From an uncultured delta proteobacterium (GTDB taxonomy: Bacteria > Myxococcota_A > Polyangia > Polyangiales > Polyangiaceae), in NCBI GenBank assembly GCA_963841435.1, contig CAWJCS010000002.1, positions 672,001 through 736,000 on the forward strand: 64,000 bases of DNA, given 5' to 3'. Shown piece by piece: positions 7,535 through 18,097 of this stretch; position 1 is the stretch's first letter, and each line of letters opens with the position of its first letter. A program made the translations under genes and the position numbers. Under the pieces are notes generated by a model. It searched no databases. It saw nothing but the letters and a program-made list of their open reading frames with translations, and had not been told where the DNA came from.

Positions 7535-10117
7535 TCAGCGAACCCGCTTGCGGGGGCGCCGCTTTTCCCTTGGGACCTTTTCGGGCTCGGGTCGGGCGGG
7601 CCGCGCTTCGGCGATCGCCACGCGGCCCTTGAGCTCGGCGAGCTCGCCGCGCAGCACCTCGAGCTCGTCGCTCAGGCGCTTGTGGTCCGCGCGGCTCCCT
7701 TCGCCGAGATCGCGCAGGACCTCGCGAATGCGCCGTGCCACGCGCCCGTCGAGCTCGTGTTCGAGCGCCGTGCGCAGCGCTCCGCGCGCGCGAGGGTCGC
7801 CAACCGAGCGCAACGCGTTGACGACCGCCACGCGAAAGTGTGGGTCCGCATCCTCGAGCAGGGCCTCGAGGTGCCGCCGGGTCGCGCGTGTGTCGGACAG
7901 CGCTGCGAGCGCCGCGACCGCGGCTCGCCGCCCGCGCGTCGGCACCCCGTAGCGCGTGCGCTCGAGCACGACCGGCACGGCGTCCTCGTCCCGCAGACCC
8001 GAAAGGCCGTCGAGCGCCCCGGCGCGCTGGCAGTCCGCCCACGACCGCTTGTCGACGAGCGTGCGGAGCGTGCGGAGCGCTCCCGGCTGCCGCGCGCGGC
8101 CGAGCGCGCGCGCCGCCTCGGCGGCGACGAGGTAGCTCGGATCCCGTCGCGCGAGCGCCGCGAGCGCCCGGGCGGCCTTCGGGCGCTGGAAGCGGCCGAG
8201 CGCCGCCGCCACGGCACGGCGCACCTTCGGGTGCTTTTCGCGCGTCGACTCGCCGAGGGCCGTGAAGGCGGCATCCGTGCGCATCTTCCCGAGCGCACGC
8301 GCCGCCTCGGCTCGCACCATCCAGGCCTCTTTCGCCGAGCCCAGAGCGCGCGCGAGCGCCGCCACGGTTGCGGGATCGTCACGCCGGCCGAGCGCTTCGG
8401 CCGAAAGCCAGCGGGCGCGCGCCGTGGGCCCGTCGGCGAGCTGGCGGCGCAAGAGATCGGCGGGCATGTCGAGCGTCACGTCGCCCACGAGGCGAAAATC
8501 CGGATCGACGATGACGAGCTCCGGCCGTGCCGACAAGGCCACCGTCAGCGTCGCGTGCGCTTCGCTCACGGTCCTCGCGTGGCGTTCGAGCTGGCCGTCG
8601 CGCGTCTTCACGAGCACCTCGAGCGGGAGCTCGAAGATCGGAACGTCCGTGCCCTTCTGCTTCTGCTTCAGCTCGACGCTGAGCAGTCCGTTTTCCCACG
8701 AAACCTTGAGCTTGAGCTCGGGGTGGCCGGGCCGAAACACCCACTGATCGAAGAACCGCTCGAGCGACTCGCCGCTCACCTCCTCGAGCGCGCGCATCAG
8801 ATCGTTGGTCTCGACGATGCCGTGCGCGTGACGCTCGAGGTAGAGCTTGAGCCCGCGAAAGAACGTGTCGTCGCCGAGCGAGCGCCTGAGCAGGTGCAGC
8901 ACGAGGCCGCCCTTTTGATAGAGATGGCGGTCGAAGAGGTCGATGGGCGCCTGGTAGTCCCGGCACACGATGGCGCGCTGATAGTGCCCTCCTGCTTCGG
9001 CGAGATACGCGTCGAGGTCGCTCGCGACGTTGTAGTCGTACTCGTCGCGACCGAGCCTTGCCTCGATCTCGACGTGCTCGAAGTACGTCGCAAAGCCCTC
9101 GTTGAGCCAGCCGTGCGACCAGTCACGGCACGTGACGTAGTCGCCGAACCACTGGTGCGCGAGCTCGTGCGCGACGAGGTCGTGCGAGGAAACGTCGAGC
9201 GCCGCCCGCCGGTCGAGCAGCACGTGCTCGTAGAGCGTGGTCGCGGTCGTGTTCTCCATGCCGCCGAAGATGAAGTCGCTCACCACGACCTGCGAGTAGC
9301 GGCTGAACGGGTAGGGGACGCCGAGCCGCTCGGAGAACAGCTCGATCATGCGCGGCGTGTCCCCGAGGCTGCGCGCCGCGTCAGCGCGCCGCCCGGGCGG
9401 TACGTAGTAGCAGACGGGCACCTTGCGCCCGCCGGGCAGCGCCGCGGGCCGGTCCTCGATCACGGCGAACTCACCGGCGACGAGCGTGACGAGGTACGAG
9501 GGATGCGGCCGGTCGAGCACGAAGTGGTACGTCGCGGAGCGCTTCGATTTTTCGATCGGCTTCGGCTCGCCGTTCGAGAGTGCCGTCCACCCCGCGGGGA
9601 CGACCACCCGGAGCTCGCTCGTCATCTTGACGTGCGGCTTGTCGAGGCAAGGAAACCAGTAGCGCGCGTCCTCGTCCTGGCATTGCGACCAGACCTGATG
9701 GGGCCGGTCCTTCACCTTGGCGTCGGGGGCCAAAAAATAGAGGCCGCGGCGCGGCGTCACGCGGTAGCGCACGCGGACCTTCCCGCGCAAAAGCTTGCCA
9801 AGACCGTGGATCGTCAGCCGATCACCGTCGTAATCGTGCTCGGCGGGCCGGAACGTGTCGCGCCGCGCGACCTCCACCGCGAGGAGCTCGAAGCCGACGG
9901 CGTCCAGCACCAGGCTGTCGGCGCTCGGCGAAAGGCGCTCGATGTCGAGCGTTGCGGTGCCGTCGGCGCTCTTTTTTGGCACGTCGAGCACGAGATCCAG
10001 GAACAGATGACGCACCGTGAACGGCCGCGAGCGCTCGTACTGCCTTCTGGTGCCCGCGAGGACGAAGGGCGCGCCGAGGCTCGAGCACGCACACGCGGCG
10101 TGGAGGCGAGAGGGCAT
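7535..10117 (-). CDS. M1-family aminopeptidase with C-terminal HEAT-like repeats and coiled coil
   Basis: GGMEN, HELAHQWFGD...WLNEGFA (HExxH-x18-E), YQKG; repeated AARALG helices; start 10117 or 10126. Confidence 0.9.
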   Translation of the reverse strand: MPSRLHAACACSSLGAPFVLAGTRRQYERSRPFTVRHLFLDLVLDVPKKSADGTATLDIERLSPSADSLVLDAVGFELLAVEVARRDTFRPAEHDYDGDRLTIHGLGKLLRGKVRVRYRVTPRRGLYFLAPDAKVKDRPHQVWSQCQDEDARYWFPCLDKPHVKMTSELRVVVPAGWTALSNGEPKPIEKSKRSATYHFVLDRPHPSYLVTLVAGEFAVIEDRPAALPGGRKVPVCYYVPPGRRADAARSLGDTPRMIELFSERLGVPYPFSRYSQVVVSDFIFGGMENTTATTLYEHVLLDRRAALDVSSHDLVAHELAHQWFGDYVTCRDWSHGWLNEGFATYFEHVEIEARLGRDEYDYNVASDLDAYLAEAGGHYQRAIVCRDYQAPIDLFDRHLYQKGGLVLHLLRRSLGDDTFFRGLKLYLERHAHGIVETNDLMRALEEVSGESLERFFDQWVFRPGHPELKLKVSWENGLLSVELKQKQKGTDVPIFELPLEVLVKTRDGQLERHARTVSEAHATLTVALSARPELVIVDPDFRLVGDVTLDMPADLLRRQLADGPTARARWLSAEALGRRDDPATVAALARALGSAKEAWMVRAEAARALGKMRTDAAFTALGESTREKHPKVRRAVAAALGRFQRPKAARALAALARRDPSYLVAAEAARALGRARQPGALRTLRTLVDKRSWADCQRAGALDGLSGLRDEDAVPVVLERTRYGVPTRGRRAAVAALAALSDTRATRRHLEALLEDADPHFRVAVVNALRSVGDPRARGALRTALEHELDGRVARRIREVLRDLGEGSRADHKRLSDELEVLRGELAELKGRVAIAEARPARPEPEKVPREKRRPRKRVR

Positions 10118-10204
10118 CGTCGCCATCAGTACCACCGACGGCCGCGCCTTCCGCCGGGATTTTCGGTTGCCGTCTCCCCGGCCCCGCGACAGGCTCGGGA
10201 CGCG

Positions 10205-12364
10205 GTGTCGATCACCCTCTCCGGCGAGGTCGAGCGGGTCACCTACGAAAACGAGGAGACCGGCTTCCGCGTGATCCGGGTCGGCTCGCTCGAGGGTCAG
10301 GGCGCGCGCCCGGGCGGCGTACCCGTCGTCGGGACCTTCCAGGCCGTGGGTCCGGGCACGCGCGTGCGCATCACGGGCGAGTTCACGCTCGATCCACGCC
10401 ACGGCGAGCAGTTCCGCGTCGAGGCGCTGGTTCCGCTCTCGCCGAGCACGCTCGAAGGGCTCGCGCGGTATCTCGGCTCGGGGCTCATCGGCGGCGTGGG
10501 CCCGGCGTTCGCGAAACGCATCGTCGACGCCTTCGGCATGGATAGCCTCGACGTGCTCGACCGAAAGCCCGAGCGGCTGCGCGAGGTGTCGGGCATCGGT
10601 GCGAGCCGCGCGGATCGGATTGCCAAGACGTGGGCCGCTCAGCGGGCCATGAGCGGCGTGATGGTGCTCCTGCAGACGCACGGCGCGTCGGCGCAGCTCG
10701 CGAGCCGCATCGTGAGGCACTACGGCGACCGCGCCGCCGACGTCGTCGAGCGCTCGCCCTATCGGCTGGCCCTCGAAGTGCGAGGTATCGGTTTCAAGAC
10801 GGCCGACCGCCTGGCCCGCTCGCTCGGGATCGCGGGCGATCACCCCGAGCGTGTGCAGGCAGGCCTTTTACACGTGCTCGACGCCGTGACGCTCGAGGGC
10901 CACACCTACGCCGAGCGCACGGGGCTCGTGGCAAGAACCGCCGACATGCTCGAGGTGGACGAAGCGCACGTCGAGGCCGCGCTCGACGTGGTGTGGGCGT
11001 CGGGTCGAGTGGTGAGGGAGGGGGAGCGCGTGCTGCCCGCCCACCTCTTCCGTGCCGAGGTCGAGCTCGGCCGTGCCCTTCGGCGCCTCGGGTCGGCCTC
11101 CGCAGCGCGGCTGCCGGGGGTCGATGCCGCCATCGCCGAGTTCGAGCGTGCTGCGAAGATCGAGCTCGCGGCGGAGCAGCGCCACGCCGTCGACGCGGCG
11201 GCGAGCGGCCTCGTCAGCGTCGTCACGGGCGGCCCCGGCGTCGGCAAGACTACGATCGTCAGGGCGATCGTCGATCTGTTCGCGCGCGCGAAGCTCGACG
11301 TGCGGCTCGCCGCGCCGACGGGGCGTGCCGCCAAGCGGCTCGCGCAGGCGACGGGCAGGGAAGCGACGACGCTGCACCGCCTGCTCGAGTTCGAGCCCCG
11401 TGCCATGCGCTTCCAGCGCGACGCCGACCGCCCGCTCGCCGTCGACGCCGTGATCGTCGACGAGGCGTCGATGCTCGACGTGCCGCTCGCGGCCGCGCTG
11501 CTCCAGGCGTTGCCGCCGCGCGCGCGGCTCGTCGTCGTGGGCGACGTCGATCAGCTGCCGTCGGTGGGTCCAGGCGCGTTCTTGCGCGATCTCATCGCGA
11601 GCCGCGTCGCGCGGACCACGCGCCTCGGCGAGATCTTCCGCCAGGCGAGCGAGAGCCGCATCGTCGTGAACGCGCACCGCATCCTTTCCGGCGAGCTGCC
11701 CGAGAGCGCGCCACGCGACGATCCGCGCGCCGACTTCTTCGTCGTGACGCGCTCGGACCCCGACGAGGCCGCCGCCACGGTGCTCGAGCTCGTGCTCGAG
11801 CGCATCCCACGGCGCTTCGGCTTGCGTGGCGCCGACGTCCAGGTGCTCACGCCCATGCACCGCGGTCCGGCTGGCACGATCGCGCTGAACCAGGCGCTGC
11901 AGGAGAAGCTCAACCCGCTCGGCCAGCCGATCGCCGCCGGGGGTATGCGCCTGCGCGTGGGCGACCGCGTGATGCAGACGCGAAACGACCACCAGCGGGA
12001 GGTGTATAATGGGGATCTGGGGGTCGTGAGCGGCCTCGACCCCGAAACGGGCAACGTGCGCGTGCTGTTCGACCAGCGCGAGGTCGAGCTCGAGCCCGCC
12101 GATCTCGATGCGCTCACGCTTTCCTACGCGACGAGCATCCACAAGAGCCAGGGCAGCGAGTACCCCGCCGTGGTCGTGCCACTTCTCACGACGCACTTCG
12201 TGATGCTGTCGAAGAATCTCGTTTACACGGCGGTGACACGCGCCCGAAAGCTGTGCGTGCTCGTCGCGCATCCGCGCGCGCTCAAGATCGCGCTCTCCGA
12301 AGTGCGTCGCGAGGAGCGCATGACGCTGCTCGTCGAGCGGATCCAGAACGCGCTCGACGCGTAA
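10205..12364 (+). CDS. recD2: RecD2-like ATP-dependent DNA helicase
   Basis: N-terminal GEVERVTYENEETGF, HhH motifs GIG, Walker A GGPGVGKT, DEASM, GDVDQLPSVG, SIHKSQGSE, YTAVTRA; real start GTG 10205 within the 1703-aa ORF. Confidence 0.92.
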   Translation: MSITLSGEVERVTYENEETGFRVIRVGSLEGQGARPGGVPVVGTFQAVGPGTRVRITGEFTLDPRHGEQFRVEALVPLSPSTLEGLARYLGSGLIGGVGPAFAKRIVDAFGMDSLDVLDRKPERLREVSGIGASRADRIAKTWAAQRAMSGVMVLLQTHGASAQLASRIVRHYGDRAADVVERSPYRLALEVRGIGFKTADRLARSLGIAGDHPERVQAGLLHVLDAVTLEGHTYAERTGLVARTADMLEVDEAHVEAALDVVWASGRVVREGERVLPAHLFRAEVELGRALRRLGSASAARLPGVDAAIAEFERAAKIELAAEQRHAVDAAASGLVSVVTGGPGVGKTTIVRAIVDLFARAKLDVRLAAPTGRAAKRLAQATGREATTLHRLLEFEPRAMRFQRDADRPLAVDAVIVDEASMLDVPLAAALLQALPPRARLVVVGDVDQLPSVGPGAFLRDLIASRVARTTRLGEIFRQASESRIVVNAHRILSGELPESAPRDDPRADFFVVTRSDPDEAAATVLELVLERIPRRFGLRGADVQVLTPMHRGPAGTIALNQALQEKLNPLGQPIAAGGMRLRVGDRVMQTRNDHQREVYNGDLGVVSGLDPETGNVRVLFDQREVELEPADLDALTLSYATSIHKSQGSEYPAVVVPLLTTHFVMLSKNLVYTAVTRARKLCVLVAHPRALKIALSEVRREERMTLLVERIQNALDA

Positions 12365-12399
12365 GACGCGACCGATAGGCTCCGGGTAAGACCTCCGGC

Positions 12400-13518
12400 C
12401 TACCGCCGCCGCGGCGCCTTCGCGATCGAGGTCTCCTCGCCGCCTTCCTGGACCTTCAGCGTCGCCTTGGGGTCGATGCCCGAGAGCAGCTCGACGTCGA
12501 GACCGTCGGACAACCCGAGCTTCACCTCGCGGCGCTCGAACTGTTGGGGCGTCGTTTCGACCTCCACGTACGCCTTGCCTTGCTCGAACTTCACCAGGCT
12601 TTCCGAGATCGACACGACGTGATCGCGCCGCTCGAGGATGATGTCGGCGTTGGCGCTGTAGTTCGCGCGGACGAACACGCCGGGTTCGAGCTTGAGCTTG
12701 GCGCGCACCTCGAACTGGATGGTGCCGTCCTTGGGAACGCCCTTGGGGGCGATGTATTCGAGCGTGCCCTCGAACTTGCGGTCACCGAGCGCACCCACGG
12801 TGATCGAGGCGGGCATGCCTTCTTTCACCTTGCCGACCTCCGACTCGTCGACCGTTCCCGAGAAGATGAGGTCGCTCATGTCGGCGACCGAGGCGATGGT
12901 GGTCCCCTCGTTGAAGTTGTTGGCCTCGATGACGCTCCCACCCTCCTTGACGGGCACCTCGAGCACCATGCCCTCGACGGTGGAGTAAACGACGTTCGAG
13001 ACCGCCCCCGAGCGCTTCGAGGCACCGACCTTGACGAGCTGGAGATTGTTCTCCGCGGTGTCGAGCTCCTGACGCTTGAGCTCGGCATTGAGCCGCTGCT
13101 GGTTGTACTCCGTCTCGGACACCAGGCCCTGGGCGTGGAGCTTCTCGTAGCGAGTGAGCTCCTGACGCGCATTCTCTTCGCTGATCTGCGCGGCCTTGAG
13201 GCGCGACTCGGCGTTGTTGAGGCTCACGACGTCGGGAATGATGCGGATCTTGGCGATCAGCGCGCCCTGCTTGACGTAGTCGCCTGGCAGCACCTGGATC
13301 TTCTCGAGCACCCCGGAGACGCGCGGTTTGATCGTGACCTCGCGGCGAGGAATGATGGACCCGGGCGCGACGGCCTTCTTCACGATGTCCATCACGCGCG
13401 GCTTCTGCGTCTTGAACGTGAGCGGGCGCGCCTGCGACTTTTCGTACAGGAAAAGCAGGGTCCAGGCGAAGGCTGCCAGGATCCCGATGGTGATGACGAA
13501 GGGGATGAACCGCTTCAC
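12400..13518 (-). CDS. Efflux periplasmic adaptor (MacA/HlyD-like membrane fusion protein)
   Basis: N-terminal TM, lipoyl-like IKPRVSGVLEKI, alpha-hairpin, VDESEVGKVKEG, VKLGLSDG. Confidence 0.88.
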   Translation of the reverse strand: MKRFIPFVITIGILAAFAWTLLFLYEKSQARPLTFKTQKPRVMDIVKKAVAPGSIIPRREVTIKPRVSGVLEKIQVLPGDYVKQGALIAKIRIIPDVVSLNNAESRLKAAQISEENARQELTRYEKLHAQGLVSETEYNQQRLNAELKRQELDTAENNLQLVKVGASKRSGAVSNVVYSTVEGMVLEVPVKEGGSVIEANNFNEGTTIASVADMSDLIFSGTVDESEVGKVKEGMPASITVGALGDRKFEGTLEYIAPKGVPKDGTIQFEVRAKLKLEPGVFVRANYSANADIILERRDHVVSISESLVKFEQGKAYVEVETTPQQFERREVKLGLSDGLDVELLSGIDPKATLKVQEGGEETSIAKAPRRR

Positions 13519-13675
13519 GAAATACCAGCCGGAATGTTGCCCAGGGGGCCCGCTAGGGCAAGGAAAAGACCATCTTTGCGCGCTTCGCTAAGCGGCGTCG
13601 GGCTCGCATGCCGGTGGAATTCCGGGCGAGACGCGCGCGAGTGTGCACGAGGCTCGTTCTGCCGGGTGCGCGGCG

Positions 13676-14935
13676 TCATTCGGCGCGCAGCGCCTCCACG
13701 GGTGCGACGCGCGACGCGAAGCGTGCAGGCACGATGCTCGCGATGGCACCCGCGACGGCGAGCACGACGATCGCGAGCAGGGCGGCCTTGAAATCGACCT
13801 CGGGCTTGCTGACGGGCGCCTGGTCAATCGTGTCGAGGAAGCGCGAGATCCCCTCGAGCGCCGCGACGCCGGCCACGAGCCCGAGGTAGCCCGCGAGGGA
13901 GGTGAGCGCCATGGCTTCCTGCACGATCAAGCGGACGATCGAGGCGGGCGTCGCGCCGAGCGCCTTGCGCACGCCGATCTCACGCGTGCGCTCCTTGACG
14001 CTGATGAGCAGGATGTTGCTGACGCCGAGCGCTCCGGCGAGGAGCGTGAGCGTGCCCACGAACCACACGAAGCCGCGGATGCCGCGAAACAGCGCCTGGA
14101 TCTTGTCGAACTGCTCGGCGGCGTCGAACGAGCCGATGGCCTGGTCGTCGAAGGGGCTCACGCGATGCCGCTCGCCGAGCACGGCGCGCACCGCTTTCTC
14201 GACCTCGCCCGACGACGCCCCTGGGCCGACGCCGAGCGTGAACCAGCCGACGCGATTGGGCTGGTTGAACGCCTGCTGAAAGGTCGAAAATGGCAAGAAC
14301 ACGCTGTTGTCGATGCGGTCGCCGTCCTCGCCCCCTTTTTGCGAGCGCAGCTCACCGACGACCCTGAGGTGCACGCCGTTCACCTCGATCCACTTGCCGA
14401 GCGGATTTTCGTCCTCGAACAGCACGACGCGCGCCTGGCGCCCGATCACGCACACCTTGCGGGCTTCCTTCACGTCGGGATCGTTCAGGAAGCGGCCTCG
14501 CTCGAGCAGCAGCGGCTCGATGCGGATGTAGGCCGGCATGTCACCGAGCACGTTCACGGCGCCTGTGCGCCCCTGGTAGACGACGCGAGCGCTGTCGCGC
14601 CACCCGCCGAGCCGCAGCCGTGCCGACACGTACTCGACGCCCGGCACCGCGGCGACGCGTGCGATGTCGTCGTTCTCGAACCGCACGTAGCGGCCCGGCT
14701 GAAGCCCGCGGTACGGGATCCCCGTCCGCTGCCCCCAGACGTAGACCGCGTGCGGCGCGAGATCGGCGAGGTTCTTGCGCGCGCCGTTCTCGAGGCCCTG
14801 TCCGAGGCCCAGCATGAGGATCAGCATGAATACCCCCCAGAACACGCCGGACGCCGTGAGCAGCGCGCGCAGGCGATTCTTGCGCAACGTCGCCCAGATC
14901 TCCTGCCAGGTGTCGAGGTCGAACAGGCCGCCCAT
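13676..14935 (-). CDS. MacB/FtsX-type ABC transporter permease
   Basis: NRLRALLTASGVFWG, GVSNILLISVKERTREIGVRKALGA, PVEALRAE; ATG at 14935. Confidence 0.9.
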   Translation of the reverse strand: MGGLFDLDTWQEIWATLRKNRLRALLTASGVFWGVFMLILMLGLGQGLENGARKNLADLAPHAVYVWGQRTGIPYRGLQPGRYVRFENDDIARVAAVPGVEYVSARLRLGGWRDSARVVYQGRTGAVNVLGDMPAYIRIEPLLLERGRFLNDPDVKEARKVCVIGRQARVVLFEDENPLGKWIEVNGVHLRVVGELRSQKGGEDGDRIDNSVFLPFSTFQQAFNQPNRVGWFTLGVGPGASSGEVEKAVRAVLGERHRVSPFDDQAIGSFDAAEQFDKIQALFRGIRGFVWFVGTLTLLAGALGVSNILLISVKERTREIGVRKALGATPASIVRLIVQEAMALTSLAGYLGLVAGVAALEGISRFLDTIDQAPVSKPEVDFKAALLAIVVLAVAGAIASIVPARFASRVAPVEALRAE

Positions 14936-14961
14936 GGTCGTAAGGTCGCGGGCTTTGCCCG

Positions 14962-16248
14962 CTACTCCTCCCTCAGCGCGGTGATGGGGTTCACGTGGGC
15001 AGCGCGGAGCGCGGGGAAGAGCCCCGCGAGCACGCCCGCGACGACGACGAGCCCCGTGAGCTCGAGCGCCGTCCCGATGTCGACGGAGGGGTTCCGGACG
15101 AACGGTACGTTCGTGAGCCGCTCGGACGCCAGCTCCACGAGCCCGACGCCGCCGACCAGCCCCGCGTAGCCCGCGGTGGCCGTGATGAGCAGCGATTCGA
15201 ACAGCACCATCCACACGAGCGCAAGCGGCGTGGCCCCGAGCGCCTTGCGGATGCCGATCTCCCGGGTTCGCTCGGCCACGCTGATGAGCATGATGTTGGA
15301 GACGCTGACCATGCCGGCGAGCAGCGTCCCCAGGCTCACGAACCAGACGAATCCGTTCACCCAGGTGAAGACCTGGGAGACCTTCTGGAAGCGCTCGAGA
15401 TTGTTCTGCGTGCGCAGGGCGCGCTTGTCGTCCATCGAAACCTGGTGCCGCGCGGCCAGCAGCCGGTGCACCTCGAGCTCGATGGCCTTGCTCTGGTCGA
15501 CGCTGGCGTCCCCGACCGTGAACATCAGCGTGTGGATGCGGCCCGGATCGTTGTAGACGAGTTGGGCCGTCGTGATCGGGACGTAGATCTTGCGAAGCTC
15601 GTTCTCGCCGCCCTGGTCCTGAAAGACGCCCACGACGAGGTACGCGAGCCCGCGGATCTCGATGGTGTGGCCGATCGGGTCCTCGTTGCGGAACAGCGCC
15701 GTGCGCACCAGCTCCCCGATCACGGCCACCTTGCGCCGCTCCGAGACGTCGCGTTCGTTGATGTAGCGCCCCTCGGTCATCTCGGTCTTCTCGAGGTAAC
15801 GCTGGTCGGGGTGCGAGCCGAGCACCTCGAAGGCCGAGTGCCGCTCCTTGTAGCGGACGCTGAATTCCCCCCACAGGTAGAAGCGCCCCGTGAGGTTTTC
15901 GATGCTGGGCATGCGCCGGATGGCGTCGTAGTCGGCGTTCATGAAGCGGATATCGCGCCCCGGGCCGCGCCCGGCGTACGGCTGCGACGTGAGGCCGCTC
16001 CAGATCCAGATCGAGTTCAGCGCGTCGTCGCGAAATTCCCAGGTGACGCCGTTCTCGAGGCCGCGGCCGGCTCCGAGCAGCACGACGAGCATGAAGGTGC
16101 CCCACGCCACCGAGAGGCTCGTGAGCAGCGTGCGCAGCTTGTTGCGTCTCAGCGTCGCGAAGAGCTCGTCGAAGGAGTCGAAGCCGATGCGACTCGCGAA
16201 GCGCGAAAACAGGCTCGGCGCGCCTGGCTCTTCCGGGCTAGCCCGCAT
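14962..16248 (-). CDS. MacB/FtsX-type ABC transporter permease
   Basis: NKLRTLLT, VSNIMLISVAERTREIGIRKALGA, PITALREE. Confidence 0.9.
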   Translation of the reverse strand: MRASPEEPGAPSLFSRFASRIGFDSFDELFATLRRNKLRTLLTSLSVAWGTFMLVVLLGAGRGLENGVTWEFRDDALNSIWIWSGLTSQPYAGRGPGRDIRFMNADYDAIRRMPSIENLTGRFYLWGEFSVRYKERHSAFEVLGSHPDQRYLEKTEMTEGRYINERDVSERRKVAVIGELVRTALFRNEDPIGHTIEIRGLAYLVVGVFQDQGGENELRKIYVPITTAQLVYNDPGRIHTLMFTVGDASVDQSKAIELEVHRLLAARHQVSMDDKRALRTQNNLERFQKVSQVFTWVNGFVWFVSLGTLLAGMVSVSNIMLISVAERTREIGIRKALGATPLALVWMVLFESLLITATAGYAGLVGGVGLVELASERLTNVPFVRNPSVDIGTALELTGLVVVAGVLAGLFPALRAAHVNPITALREE

Positions 16249-16927
16249 GGCTCGCCGCTTCTTCGGGTGGCGCGACCCTGCCGTCCTTGATGCGGATCAC
16301 GCGCTGCGTCCGCGCGGCGATGTCCGGCTCGTGCGTCACGATCACCATCGTGATGCCCTCGCGGTTGAGCTGCTGGAGCAGATCCATGAGCTCGTAGGAC
16401 GTCTGGGTGTCGAGGGCCCCGGTCGGTTCGTCGGCTAGCACGAGCTTGGGCTTGGTCACGAGAGCGCGCGCGATGGCGACGCGCTGGCGTTCGCCGCCCG
16501 AGAGCTGGCTGGGCAGGTGCTCCGCGCGCTTTTCGAGCCCGACGCGCTCGAGGTACTCGTAAGCGATCTTGTTCCGCGCCCGGCGCGAGACGCCCTGGTA
16601 GTAGAGCGGTAACGCGACGTTCTCGAGCGCGGTTTTGAAGCCGAGCAGGTTGAACGCCTGGAACACGAAGCCGATGAAGCGGTTCCGGTATTCCGCGGCG
16701 AGCCGTTCCGGAAGCGCGCGGACCAGCCGGTCGCCTAGCCAGTATTCGCCCGAGTCGTAGTCGTCGAGGATGCCGAGCACGTTCAGCAACGTGCTCTTGC
16801 CCGAGCCCGAGGAGCCCATGATGCTCGCGAGCTCGCCCTGTTCGATCGTGAGCTCCACGTCCTTGAGAACGTGCAGCGTCCGATCGCCTTCGCCGTAGCT
16901 CTTGTTCAGGCGGTGGAGCCGAATCAT
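16238..16927 (-). CDS. ABC transporter ATP-binding protein (MacB/LolD-like)
   Basis: [31 protein letters not shown]. Confidence 0.93.
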   Translation of the reverse strand: MIRLHRLNKSYGEGDRTLHVLKDVELTIEQGELASIMGSSGSGKSTLLNVLGILDDYDSGEYWLGDRLVRALPERLAAEYRNRFIGFVFQAFNLLGFKTALENVALPLYYQGVSRRARNKIAYEYLERVGLEKRAEHLPSQLSGGERQRVAIARALVTKPKLVLADEPTGALDTQTSYELMDLLQQLNREGITMVIVTHEPDIAARTQRVIRIKDGRVAPPEEAASHAG

Positions 16928-16994
16928 GGGAGAGCGGGTTGGGAGCCTTGCACCCAAATCGCCCCCGGTCACGTTTCGGCGCGGGCAGGCCCGC

Positions 16995-17933
16995 TTACTG
17001 AACCAGCATCACGTCGTCGAGCGTGAGATCGACGGCATACGGGTCGGTCCCGTCCGCCCAGTCGAATTCCCACTGCAACCCGACGACGGCGCTCTGGTCC
17101 ACGGAATCCGACGGCGACCCGCCCGTGAGGTCACTGAATGAAACGGTCATGACGGCCGGCGAGGCGGGCACGTCGATCATCGTGGCGCCCGGCGCGCAGG
17201 TGCCGGAGGTCGCGTCGCAAGCGCCGCGGCCCGGTAGGCACATGTCCGGCTCGGAGTTCTCCGAGGTCGCGACGGAGAACTTCAACGTGCCCGTGCTGCC
17301 GACGCTGCCGCCGATCTTGAAGGAAATGCCCGAGTACCCTGACATGTCGACGAGGCACTGCCCGAACCAGATGCCGAACCCCGAGTACGTGCCGACCGTG
17401 CCGGTCACGTGCATCGAGCCGCCGGTGTCGTCGCGCGTCACCACCGTCGCGGGCGCCGGATCGGTGGAGCAAGCGTCGGGCTCGGCGGGGTAGGCGAAGC
17501 CGCCGGAGAAGTAGCCCGTCCACCATTCGGTCGTGAGGGTATCCATGTCGTCGAGGACGCCGAAGATGCCGCCCATCGGCGAGTCGTCGGGGAAGTAGAG
17601 ATGGTCGAAGTCGTCGAGCACGTCGGTCGGGGGCGTGTTCGTCGTGCAGGCGGTCACCGTGCACGCGGCACAGTCGCCGCCGGTGCCGGCGTCGCCCCCG
17701 GTGCCCGCCGCGCTGCCGCCGGTGCCGGCGCTACCGCCAGTGCCGGCCCCGGAGCCGCCGCTGCCGCCGAGCGCTCCCGCGCCCGCGGAGCCCCCCGTCG
17801 TGCCGCCGGTGCCGGCGCCACCCGTCTCGTCTGGCGTTCCAGAGCCACCGCCGCAAGCCGAGAGCAGCGTGCCGCTGACCAAGAGACCAAGACCAATCGA
17901 GTGTGACCAGACAGAGGGGAGACGACCGAGCAT
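16995..17933 (-). CDS. Lipoprotein, Gly-rich linker plus putative carbohydrate-binding beta-sandwich
   Basis: Lipobox LSAC; GGTGG linker; DMSGYSGISFKI...LQWEF...LDDV pattern resembles a CBM/CIA30-like fold. Confidence 0.65.
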   Translation of the reverse strand: MLGRLPSVWSHSIGLGLLVSGTLLSACGGGSGTPDETGGAGTGGTTGGSAGAGALGGSGGSGAGTGGSAGTGGSAAGTGGDAGTGGDCAACTVTACTTNTPPTDVLDDFDHLYFPDDSPMGGIFGVLDDMDTLTTEWWTGYFSGGFAYPAEPDACSTDPAPATVVTRDDTGGSMHVTGTVGTYSGFGIWFGQCLVDMSGYSGISFKIGGSVGSTGTLKFSVATSENSEPDMCLPGRGACDATSGTCAPGATMIDVPASPAVMTVSFSDLTGGSPSDSVDQSAVVGLQWEFDWADGTDPYAVDLTLDDVMLVQ

Positions 17934-18097
17934 GGAAGAACCTCCGACAGAAACGAGTAAGTGGAGCAGAAAAGCAATCGATCGGGCCGGGACGAGGGTT
18001 TTTCAGGCCCCGGGCGCTCGCCCAAGGAACCTACGAGATAGGCCACGGGGTGTCCAGGCGACCTCTCCAAGACGCCAAATCGGAGCCCCACCAAGCT

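Noticed and set aside
7253-10204. 1703-aa ORF suggesting a giant RecD2 fusion
   Set aside because: The 5' ~980 codons are the antisense shadow of the M1 aminopeptidase; RecD2 similarity starts near 10205
17971-17990. Sigma54 promoter upstream of the 17933 lipoprotein
   Set aside because: GG to GC spacing is 11, not 10
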